64,000 nt of DNA, from positions 4,863,514 through 4,927,513 of the forward strand of contig MU054117.1 in assembly GCA_013239625.1 (NCBI GenBank), given 5' to 3'. The translations under genes were made by a program, and so were the position numbers. The notes under the pieces are model-generated. The model was not told where the DNA came from and did not search any database. It saw only the letters and a program-made list of their open reading frames with translations. Origin of the DNA: Lama guanicoe. Its lineage: Eukaryota. Positions 49,945 through 60,743 of the stretch are shown here, one piece after another. Position 1 is the first letter of the stretch. Every line of letters begins with the position of its first letter.

Positions 49945-50280
49945 ATGGGGGAGGGGAAGTTGGATGAAGGTAGTCAAAAGGTATAAACCTCTAATTATAA
50001 GATAAATAAACACTAGGATATAACATACAACATGCTAAGTATAATTAACACTGCTGTATGTTATACATGAAAGTTAAGAAGGTAAATCCTAAGAGTTCTT
50101 ATCACAGGGAAAAAAATTACTTTTCTATTTAATTTTTTATCTGTATAAGATGACAGCTGTTCATGCAACATCATGGCAGTCATTTCATGATGTACATAAG
50201 TCAAATCATTATGGTGTATACCTTAAACTTATACAATGCTGTATGTCAATTATATCTCAATAAAACTGGAATTAAAAAGA
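49945..50280 (+). mobile_element. L1 3'-end fragment
   Basis: aaatcctaagagttcttatcacag...aagtcaaatcattatggtgtataccttaaacttatacaatgctgtatgtcaattatatctcaataaaactgg followed by an A tail. Confidence 0.8.
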
Positions 50281-50361
50281 GAAAAGTGTGCACAAGGAGG
50301 AGAAAGTGGAAGGAGGGCAATGGAGGGTCGGGCAATAGTAAACTTCGAGTGTAAAAGTGAA

Positions 50362-50457
50362 GGAGGGGGAGGGTATAGCTCAGTGGTAGAGTGCATGCTC
50401 AGCATGCAGGAGGTCCAGGGTTTAATCCCCAGTCCCGCCATTAAAAAAAAAAAAAAA
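50362..50457 (+). mobile_element. tRNA-Ala-derived SINE (vic-1-like, short form with pure poly-A)
   Basis: ggggagggtatagctcagtggtagagtgcatgctcagcatgcaggaggtcc... followed by a run of about 16 A. Confidence 0.85.
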
Positions 50458-53400
50458 AGTGGAGAAGGTCATGAAGGACAGCACAGAGCATAAGAAAAGC
50501 CAATCCAAGAATCTGGAGGGGAGGGATGATGATAAAACCAATTTTTTGCTGAGGTGAAAGTTCATGAGGCAGTAGGAAAGCCATAGAATTTGGCTTGTGA
50601 TGTTGATACCGTAAAAGACAGACAGTGACCACCAGGATGTTAGTAGTTATTGAGAAGAGCCCAAGTGAGAGAGAGGCCAGCCGTATCTGGTGTTCCTTCA
50701 GCCTGCTCAAGGGAAAAAGGCTGAGAGGGCTCTGAGACTGAGTCCAAAACAGGGTGTCAGGGCTAGGAAGTCAATGATTTATTGAGCTCTTCCTCTTGGG
50801 TGCCTAGCCTTGGGCTAGGTATTGGGCCTAGGGGATGGAGACAGCAGTCAGGGAGGGGAGCAAGGAGGGCAGTTAGAGTTGAGAACAAGGGATAAGGATC
50901 TGCAATCAGGAGAGATCAGGGAGGCACTCCAGAAAAGGAGTCCCCTGGAGATGGGACAGGGTGCTGTCTGGGGGAAGAGAGTGCTGGATACCTGCCCCTT
51001 CCCAGGTTGTACTTTGACCGAGCTCTCCCATCTCCTCCTGGAGGGCAGGGACCATGTCTTCTTCATTCAGCTTTGTGTGTCCACCACACAGCACAGTGCC
51101 CAGCACCTGGAGGGAGCGTGATAAAAGTCTGTTGAAGTGCAAGAGCTCAAGCTTGCTATAGAGGCCAAAAGAGAACAGAGGGTTGTAGTTTAAGTCTACA
51201 TAGATGTGAGTAGACTAAGATGATGAGCACAGCTTGATGGGGTGTGTTGTTGACTAATGTGCCTTCGTGTTTTTGTAAAGATGATTTCTTCAGTGACGCT
51301 CCTCGGGGTAACATACTCAGAACAAACATAGTCAAAGTTAGGCTGGGTGAGGTCTTTCTCTAGGAGTCCATCTCCTCTCAACTCTCCAGGGACCTGAGTT
51401 CTGAAAAGATTAAAAAAAACAAAGTCAAAATGAGGAATAGCCAACAAGGTCATTGGGAATAGGATGGGAGTAAGAGGACAGGGAGGTGTGGGAGCCAGGT
51501 TTCGGTCCTCCCATCCTTGAATGACAGACAAGTAGGACTTCCTTAGCATTTCACCTCTCAGATAAATGGGCAAACTGAGAAACACCAGGGAGCTGCAAAG
51601 GGGGAAGACTTCACTTCAGAATGAGATGGGAAGAGTAAGAATTGAACATCTTCTGCACAGTAGGGAAAGAAACTGCTAGGTTGTCAGGCCGGAAGTCATA
51701 GTTCCCAGGGGGCTCAGGCCTTCCTTGTTCTCACCTGGCCTCCCTTTTCTCACCTCCAGAAAAAGTGTAAGAAGCACTGGTTTCCCCATTCAACCAGTGG
51801 AAAATTCTCAGTTGAACTGTGGAGTAACAGAACTCTAGGGGGAAGCGAGCCTCCACAAGGCCTCGGAAATCACTGTCTGGAAGGGAGAGCACACAGGCTG
51901 GCATCCTTTCGAACCCTTGGTCCCAGAAGCCCTGCGGCCACCCCCAAGGACTGCGGAGGGTGGACGGGGTGCTTTCAGCATCTCACTCGCTCCAAATTCA
52001 CGCTAATTGTCACGTCTAGGTTTCTTCTCAAGAAGCCAAGACTTCAGGAGGCTGGTCTGATGTCTAACCAGACAGGGAAGGTTCAGGGGTGCTTCTCCCA
52101 CGCAGGAAGGTAATCAGATCCAGGCCTCCTGCTTCCTAGATCTCTTTCCTTTGGTCCCTGTGGACCCTAGTGTCCAAACTCTTAGATTCTCAAGGCTCTC
52201 CCTTGGGCCTTGGGGCAGGATTCCCATTCTCTGCCTCTCTATCTCCCTGGAATTTTCCACTGCAGCTGCCTCCGCTCCCAGACACCCCTCCCTGGGCAAA
52301 ATTCCCGGCTCCCTCCGCCTCCCCTTCCCTAATCACACCTCATTTCCACCCCCGGCCTTGAGGCCCAGCCCACAGTCCGGCCCACAGCCCACAGTAACCC
52401 CGGTGGTCCCAGTTAGAGAAATGGGAGGCCAGACCCTATGGAAGGGTGAAAGGGAGGGTCCCAGACTCTCTCCTGGGTGGGGAGAAAGGACAGTGGAGGG
52501 GCTGGTCCCCTGTGGGGCTGGAGTGGGGGGAGTGGCCCTCCTCAAATCCCCATATAAGGCAGGGCAAGCAGTTAGGCTCCTGGATTGGCTGATTCAAATG
52601 AGCATTCCACCTGGCAACAGGGTTTCTATTGGCTCTCGAGAAAAATAGGAGGAAGGTGGATGGAGGTTGTTGGTGGCGGTGATTGGAGGGGGGAGGGGAG
52701 TGGAGGTGACCGGAGTGGGGGGCGGTTACCAGGGCAACAGGGTAAGAGCCCAGCAGGGTGTCCGAGACAGCAGGCGGGGCTGGGAGGTGGAGAAGAGGGA
52801 AGAGGAAAGGAGGGTGGGAGGGAGAGGAAAGAGACTGGCGGGGAGGGAACGAGACAGGGAGACTGGATGGGGGGGGTAAAGGAGGGGGGAGAGGGAGAGA
52901 AATGTAGCAAAAGAGTACAGAGATAGAGAGGGTCAGAGATCGCTAAAGGCATCAGCGAGTGTGTCAGAGAAACAGAGACAGGAAGATGGAAAGATCTCAG
53001 AGAAAGATGGACAGAGTTCAGCAAGGAAAAACCTGGGTGGGGTTCCAAGATTTTTGAGGAGCCGGAGACTGAGAAACTGAGAGAAGAGTCAGAAAGAGAA
53101 ATTGGGAGGTGTGTACACCAAGGGACCAAAAGACAGTGTCTTTAAGCACTCAAAGCCTACATGGTGATGACTGATCAGCTATGTCTTTTTTAAGAAAATG
53201 AAAATTTAAAAAATGATAGACAAAATATAGGAGTGCACACACATCAAAGATACCTTTTTCCAAACTCTAGCCTTCCACCCATTCCACCTTCCTGACCTTT
53301 GATACACACCCCAGCTCCTGTCCCCTCCTGAAACTCCAAGCTTCTCAAAATGACCCAAAGACACTGAGACCAACCAAGGGTGAGGAGCTGAGAGTGAGTG

Positions 53401-54049
53401 GAACAGTGTGGGCTGGAACCTCCTGCAAAGGAGGCAGATATAATCCAGGAAGGCTAGAGAAGATGGCAGCAGAAGAGAAATGCCAAGAAAGGGAAAATGT
53501 GGAAAATAAGGATCTTAAGAGGAGTTGAGGAAAATGAACTAATGATACAGGGCCAAGTGACAGACTCAGATAAGACAAGAACAGAGTGGTCCGGGAGAGA
53601 GAGGGAAGGCGATCAGAGATGGAAGGTAGAGGAGGGCAAGTGAGAAGTGGAGAAGCGGGGACAGAAGAGAGATGTGAGATTAGAAGTGGATGGGGAGGGA
53701 TGAAGAGAAATTGAAGGACCAGGCAAAGAAAAGTGAGGTGAGATGGGCAAACAGGAAAGGTGGAAGATGGAAGAGAAGACAGGAGATTAGAGGGCCTCTG
53801 ACTTCCCTCAGACCCAGCAGAGGTCACAAATGTCAGCCTCGGGGAGGACGGGACGTCGGCTGCCCTTTTTGCTCTCCCATCCCCTCCCAAGGCCACCCAG
53901 AGAACGTAGATGCAGGAAGAGAGGGGAAATCCAGCGAGATGTGGAAGTAGCTCCCGACCTCTTCCTCCTCTCTAAGCTTTTGGTTTCTCAAATACCTGCC
54001 CGGCCTTTCCATCTGCTTCCCCCCACCCCATCACTTGGCAAAATCTCAG

Positions 54050-55500
54050 GGCTTTTGACGAGGGGTGGGGGGTGTCAGTCGGATCTTGGCCATCCCTCCA
54101 GTCCGCCCCCAAAAGACAGACTCCTCATACGCAGGCAGTAGGTCTGGATTCGGAAAGGTCCCTCCCCGCACGAACCCCACCCCTTCCCACCTCCTCGCCC
54201 CACTCCTTTCTCCGCGACCGTCAGTCTCTCCATTTCCCCCTCCTGGTCTAGTCCTCCCTCCCGCCTCGCGCGCGCTCCCTCCCCTCGCTTTCATCCTCCT
54301 ATCCCCACCTCTCCAACCTCCGCTTTCATCCCCCTCCCCTCTCTTCTCCTCCCCGCTCCCGCCTGCCCCACCCCTGGGAAGCCCCTCCCGTCGGGCAGCG
54401 CCGCTTTATAAGCGGGTTCCCTGCCCGGGGGCGGCAGCGGCTGGTCGGCGGCAGCTCTGCGGGTGCGGGGGCGGCGAGCCCAGGACTGAGCGATCGCGGC
54501 CGGAGCGCGCCGGCCTCCGCCCGCACCGCCCTTCCGCCCGCCCTCCGGACGGCCGCAGCCCTGCTGGACTCTGCTCCAGACCCACCCCCGCCCCACCCCG
54601 CGCGCCTCTGCCGCCTCTTCCAGAGCCCCAGCTTGCCGAGCGGCCGCCGCTGCCGCTGCCGTCGCCGCCGCCGTCACCGCGCCAGGTTCCGGCCGCGGCC
54701 ACCTTCCGCCGTCCAGGGCCCCTCCGTCCCGGCCCCGGGACCCCGGCTCCCTGCCAGTCCCGGCCCCGGCCCCGGCCCCGACACCATGTCGGAGAAGAGC
54801 GTGGAGGCAGCGGCCGAGTTGAGGCCCAAGGTATGGGCGGGGCCGGCGGCGGCCCGGCCCCCGCGCGCCCCCCGGGCTCCGCGCGGTCGTGCGCCCCAGG
54901 CCGCCCCCGACGGCCCCATGCTGCTGCCTGGGCGCGGGGTCCCGGCGGATCCCGCTCCGCCCTCCCCCCAGCGCCCCAGCCTGGCGCTGCCTACCCGCTC
55001 CGCGCGGCTCGCGCCAGCGCCCTCTAGCTTCCCAAGTGCCGTGCGCCCGGCTCCCGGCCTGGCCACCCCAGGCCGCCTGATGGCCCCATGCTGCTGCCTG
55101 GGCGCGGGGTCCCGGCGGATCCCGCTCCGCCCTCCCCCCAGCGCCCCAGCCTGGCGCTGCCTACCCGCTCCGCGCGGCTCGCGCCAGCGCCCTCTAGCTT
55201 CCCAAGTGCCGTGCGCCCGGCTCCCGGCCTGGCCTCTCCGGCCCCGCGCCGTCCCCACCCCTCTCCGGCCCCGTCTCGTGCGCCTCCACCCCGGCCGGTG
55301 CCCGTCGGAGCTCTTCGCGTCTCATCTACCGTGCCCCCTTCCCCGCGCCCCTCTCCGGCCACCCTGACCTCACCTTTCCTCCGCTAAGCGGTTTGAGAAC
55401 CTCCAGTGTAAACAGGATTCTCCCGGGAGGCTGTTCCTCTCGGGCTCCTCCCCTCGAGGCCTGACCGTCTCTTGCTGCTCTTCTCCGACAGCTACTGCCT
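54050..55500 (+). promoter_or_regulatory. PTMS CpG-island promoter / exon 1
   Basis: Extreme GC and CpG density; TATA-like TTTATAA at 54405-54411 inside inverted repeat CCGCTT-TAT-AAGCGG. Confidence 0.85.
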
Positions 55501-58500
55501 CAGTTTTCTCCTTCCCTCCTTTCCTTCCATCTACATCCATTCCTTCCTCCTCTGGCCTTCAGCTTTCTTTTCTCTCTATATCCCTCCTCCAGAGTCTCCC
55601 TCCAACCCCCGACTTAAAGATCCTTGAATTCCTATAAATCAGAAGGGGGCCGGGTATAGCCTTCGAAAAAGCTGAGGCTTAACATTGCATGGCATTACAT
55701 CGCGCCGCCCTTCCCTGGCCCCATCCTTTCGCCCTTGCCTCTCTTCCATCCTTCCTGTAATTTCCCCAGGGAACCTTGTGAGTGTCGCTAGGGGAAATTA
55801 ATTCGGCCAGGATTTGGGGGCTGGGAGCCCGACCTTGGGTGGGGGCGGTTGCTGAGGAGGTCACAGAGGTCTCCCGGAGGCCGGTGAAGTGAAAAGGAAC
55901 CAATGGGATTCAAGTCAGTGGGAGAGAGGGGCTACGAATGAGATCGGACAAGGTGTGCCGAGCGGCCCTCCGGTGGGCTGTGCGATGGCATGTGACTTCA
56001 CTGAGTAGGTGTCTTTGTATGTCTGAAATCCAGCGAGTGTGTGGGACTGCCCGTGTCAGTTACATGTGTGCATGTGGAGACATAGCTGTTCTGGAGCCAT
56101 GTTGCCGCTTTGTGAAGGCCGAGTGGCTCCGCTGTGCTCTTGTGCTGTCTCAAGAGTGTGTGCCCGGATGCCCAAATACTGGGCCATGTGTCTCCGGATC
56201 GCGTGGGCGCCCCTCTGTAACTGTGTGTGAATCGGTGTCAGCTTGTGTCAGTGTCTGTGCCTGTGCTGAGTAATTGAGGCCAAAGAGCTGCTTAACACAA
56301 GACCTAGGTCACATACCCTCCTGGCAAAGGGATCATGGGAGGACAGTGACCAGGAGGACACAACGGGACAGGGGAGGAGAGGGCCCGGCCCCTTGGACTT
56401 TGGTCTTCAATAGTCTCCCTCCCTCCATCAGCCTGCATGGGAAACTCAGGCCAGGGCCACACAGACTTGGTGCTGGGGGCCCCAGAGAGAAGCTGACGAC
56501 CCCCTGGCTCTCCAGACCCAGGATGTAGGGAAAGCCCACCAGGTAATAGAAATGCCCTACTGAGCATGTGGCAAAGAAATGAGAACAGCAAAGTGGCAAG
56601 AAGCAACCCGAGCTGGAGTGACAGGGGCAAGGGTTCTGCACTCCCCATAAAGCGAGAAAGGAGTTGGGTGTCCCTCCAGACACCAACCCACTCTCTTAGC
56701 CCCAACCCTGTTCCAGAAAGGACACACCCTCCCAGGGTGATCCACTCACCCAGAAAACTTCCATCCACATGGAATCAGATACACACCAACACCAGATCCG
56801 ATCTGATCACACAGAGACACCATAGTGTCGCTCAGTGCCTGCCAAGGGGTAGGGTGGAGAGAGGACTGGAATCGAAATTGGAAGGGCTGCTGTGGTGTCC
56901 CAAGAGAGGGGACTCTTGTGAGAACCTCTCTGGGCCACATCAGAACCAGATGGCAAAGATGTGCTTGCTGGGGTCCTGGGAAGAGAGAGGGGCCGAGTAG
57001 AGGAAGAGGACTCTAGACAGGTACCTTTCCCCCTACTTTCCCGTCCTACCCACACAGACCTTGTCTGTCTCTCTTGGTCTACCATGTCCCACACTCTTTC
57101 CCTTCCAGGTTTCCTTTAACCTACTTCCCCTACATCCCCCCTGGAAATCCTACCGTTCTGCCACACCAGTGCACACACCACACCAATGCACTCACCGCGC
57201 TGGTGCATGCGCCGCCATGCCCTTGCGCACACCACGGGTGGTCGGGAGGAGGAAGCTTCTTGCACTGTTTTGGGGTGGGAGTGGGCAGAAGTGAGAGGGG
57301 GCCGTTGGGAATCAGGCTAGGGGGCTCTTATTCCTGTAGTGTTTGGCCAAGTAGGAGCCTGAGGATTAGGGGGGCACACAGAGAAACAAAAGCATTCGAA
57401 GCTGGGGGGAATGCCCAGGAGAGAGTACTCAGGAAAAGGCCCCAGAGGTAGACAAAAGGCAGAGCAGGGCAGGCAGTGGGAGGGGGCAGGCGAAGAAGGC
57501 GGAGGGACCTCTAGAGGGGGTGGGGCGTCAGGACTGCGAGCAGATGGAGGGGATTTGCTTTGCTGAGCTGAACCCTTCAGCCAGTGAGGCTAGGCTGAAC
57601 TTGGTGGGGGTGGTGAGCAGTTACCTTGGCTGCCTCTTCCCTGGCTTCACTTTGCCCCCTCCCTCGAGTCTTGGAGAAGGTACCTGGTCTCAACCTTTTT
57701 GTGGCCATGAGGACCCCGGGACCTCTGTTCTGTCTCTCAGCCACCCTGCCCACCTTCTCCATTTCACAGTCCTCTAAGCTCACTGCAGAGGGAGAACCGG
57801 GGCTGGAGGGCCTTAAGGGCTGCAGATCATTTGTGGTGAGAGAAAGGTGACCTCTCTCTCTCTTGTAGGACTTGAAGGAGAAGAAAGAGAAGGTGGAGGA
57901 GAAGGCAAGCCGGAAAGAACGAAAGAAAGAAGTAGTGGAGGTGCGGAAGGGTCACCTGCCCACTGAGCCCCCTGCTGCCTTCCTGGGGGCCCCGCCTTTT
58001 CCTGGCCCCGCCCACCCCGCCGCCCCGCCCTCGGGGCCCTTCCAGGCCCCTTGCCATTGGTGGGGATGGTGGGCGGAGGCACAGGGCCAGCCTGACCACT
58101 CCCTCTCCTGGTCCCCACAGGAGGAGGAGAACGGGGCTGAGGAGGAGGAAGAAGAAACTGCTGAGGATGGAGAGGAGGAGGATGAAGGGGACGAGGAAGG
58201 TGGGGAGGGGCCGGGGAGGCTGGGCTCCAAGGAACAGGCAGGGTGGGTTTGAAGATCTGCAGCTGGGCTTCGGGCGACCACAGGGGGTCTCTGCCGGAGC
58301 TTCCTGCCCTTCCCCAATGACCCATTTCTGGCTCCTCAGATGAGGAAGAAGAAGAAGATGACGACGAAGGGCCCGCGCTGAAGAGAGCTGCTGAAGAGGA
58401 GGTTTGGGCTGGGTTGTGGGCTGAGGGGCTGTCAGGGATGCAGCAGGGCCGGGAGCCCTTTGGATTCAGACCGGATCCGGCTGGCGCCGGGGCGGGGGCT

Positions 58501-58616
58501 GGAGCGGGACTGGGGGCGGTCCCTCTCCAGTTTGACAGCTACCCCAGCTCTTTTCCTCTCCACAGGATGAAGCGGATCCCAAGCGGCAGAAGACAGAAAA
58601 TGGGGCGTCGGCATGA
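54786..58616 (+). CDS. PTMS: Parathymosin (102 aa, acidic nuclear protein)
   Basis: Exons 54786-54830, 57869-57940, 58121-58199, 58340-58401, 58566-58616 total 309 nt. Translation MSEKSVEAAAELRPKDLKEKKEKVEEKASRKERKKEVVEEEENGAEEEEEETAEDGEEEDEGDEEDEEEEEDDDEGPALKRAAEEEDEADPKRQKTENGASA*. Confidence 0.98.
54894..55234. repeat. Tandem duplication, period 170 bp, in PTMS intron 1
   Basis: 54912-55064 is identical to 55082-55234 (153 bp). Confidence 0.95.
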
Positions 58617-59101
58617 GCCCCCTGCCAGTGGGCTGGGGGTGGGAGGCCCCTCAGGGCCTGGAGGTGGGGGTGGGGACAGCCGAGTGCAGCCACTCTTCAC
58701 CTGTCTCCCTGCTCTGGGCCCTGCGCCAGAGCTGCCGCCCTCCCTCTCCCCAGCCTTCTCCTGCCGCCTCTCCATACACTGCCCCCTCCATCCTCACTGC
58801 CATCTTCCACCTCCTGACCTGCTCCATCTGAGCTCTCCAGCTGGTCCCCAGTTGCCCCCTCCCTCTCCCTTCCTCCCTCCTGTCAGCCAATCCTACTCTC
58901 CTCCAGCCAATCTCACCCTCCTCGGCAGCCTCTCTTTCCTGTCCTCTGCATCCCAGCCTCACATCCTGCCCATCCCTACCCTGCCTGATCCCTGGGTCTC
59001 CCTCAGACACCCTCCTCTCAGACAGCGCCAGGCCGGGGTGGGGCCAGGGTTGGGGCCGAGCCCCACAGCTGCCCCCCTCCCCTCCCCTTTTTGTATAATT
59101 T

Positions 59102-59107
59102 AATAAA
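59102..59107 (+). terminator. PTMS polyadenylation signal
   Basis: AATAAA preceded by ttttgtataa and followed by a T-rich downstream element. Confidence 0.85.
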
Positions 59108-60149
59108 GAAACGGTCGCGCTTCTGTTTTTAACCTGTCTCCTGCTTTCCCGGTGCAGAGTAAGTAGGGTGGCCAAGGGCACATGCTGTCGGGGCCCCGCC
59201 CTTCTATAAAAAAGCAGCAGTACCCTCCTACCACCCACCACTTGAGAAGACAAGATTGCACTCTGGGGTGGGCAGGGAGTGTCTTTAAGAGCTGAATCCT
59301 GTCCTGGTTTTCCTGGTTTTGGATTATTAGGGCTGCTCCCTCCGGCCATACACACACCCTTCCCTCCTAGCAGGCACCAGGCTAGACACTGCTGAGCCCA
59401 GTGGAAAGCTACCAGCTCTATTGTGCTGAACCAGGCAAAGAAACAGCCTCAGAAACAGGAAGTCCCGCCCCTGAAGTGGGAGAAGGCTGGAGGCCTGGGT
59501 CTCAGCCTCCTTGGATGTTGTGAGAGTTGCCTGGTACTGAGGAAGTGAGCTCCTGGGGAGGCAGGGAGAACTCCAGGGCCTCCTGTGGCTCCAGGCCTGC
59601 TGTGTTCTGCCTGCTCAGGCTGGGTAGATCGCAGAGCAAGAGCTTCCCTGGCAGTCTCAGTCTTCCTTACCTAGTTCTGCCTCACTTTCCCCTGCATTTG
59701 GTCTCTGTTGCAAGATTTCTGCATTTCTCCAGGTCACCCTTGCCCTGCCTCAGTTTCCTCATCTGTACAATGCGGGATAACACTAGATTTCACGAGTTAC
59801 TCCACGTAAAAGTTCCACTACGGTGCTCAGCACATAATGAAATCTCAACACAGTGTACCTATTTACCCTTGGGATGCTCTTCTTCAGACCTACCATTTGT
59901 AGGGTCTAGTAAAGCTGGAAGTCATCGGATGGGTGGGGAGGCAGGTGGACCAGGGCAGTGAGGTTCTGGGAAGTTATGGGAATGAGAGAGGAGATGAGTA
60001 CCAAGGAAAGGGCTTGCTAAGAAAGGTGGCGACTGGGGAGGCAACTCAGAAGTGAGTAAACGGGTAGTTCAAGGCAGAAATGGTTTAGAGAGAAGAGCAG
60101 ACGTCCCGAGAAAGGGAACAGTCAAGAGGGTGGGGGAGGAGTGGAGGGG

Positions 60150-60340
60150 GCGGTGGGGACACCCAGGACTGAGGAAATAAACAAGGGGAGCGCCACCACA
60201 GGGGTGGAGGGTAAGGCTGCTGGGAATCAGCCCCCTCAGACTTTCCACTGCGAAGCGAAACCGTGAGCCCTGGGGTGTTGGGGGGGGCAACGGGGAGGGG
60301 AAGTGGGGAAGGTGGAGGGAAGGCAGAAGGACAGGGGCCA
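60150..60340 (+). promoter_or_regulatory. LAG3 proximal promoter
   Basis: GGAAATAAACA 60173-60183, ACCACA (RUNX-type) 60195-60200, GAAGCGAAAC (IRF-like) 60252-60261, GGGGAAGT (ETS) 60297-60304; about 400-600 bp upstream of the ATG. Confidence 0.6.
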
Positions 60341-60392
60341 GGGCCCTGGGAGCAGCAGAACAGCCTCCAGCTCAAAGCAGCCACTTTGCCTC

Positions 60393-60533
60393 CACTCTGC
60401 TCTCTGCCTGCACTCAGCCCCATTCCCTGGGACCCCCCCACCCCACCCCACCCCACCCTAGACACTCTGCTCTCTGCCTGCACTCAGCCCCATTCCCTGG
60501 GACCCCCCCACCCCACTCCACCCCACCCTAGAC
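60393..60533. repeat. 70-bp tandem duplication in LAG3 5' leader
   Basis: cactctgctctctgcctgcactcagccccattccctgggacccccccaccccacYccaccccaccctaga occurs twice with one mismatch. Confidence 0.95.
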
Positions 60534-60743
60534 CCCACCCTCCCTTTGCCTGATCCAGCTAGCTTTCCTCTAGATTCCAGCCTCTGGTCATTGGTTCCTC
60601 CCCTCTCCAGGCCTCCATCCTTCTTTTTCTAGATTCTCTTCCTTCAGCTCCTTCTTTGCAGAACCTCTCTTTCGTCCATCAGTCCTTCTCCACTTTCTGA
60701 CCTCTTCCCTCTGGACGGCTGTGTGGCCCAGGCCCAAGGGGAG

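Noticed and set aside
54894..55234. Direct repeats as a CRISPR-like array
   Set aside because: Only two long tandem copies with no unique spacers, in a mammalian gene context.
54065..55367. Long ORFs (320 aa, 244 aa and others) over the PTMS promoter
   Set aside because: Low-complexity Pro/Arg/Ala/Gly translations expected from stop-poor CpG-island DNA; only 54786-54830 is supported as coding.
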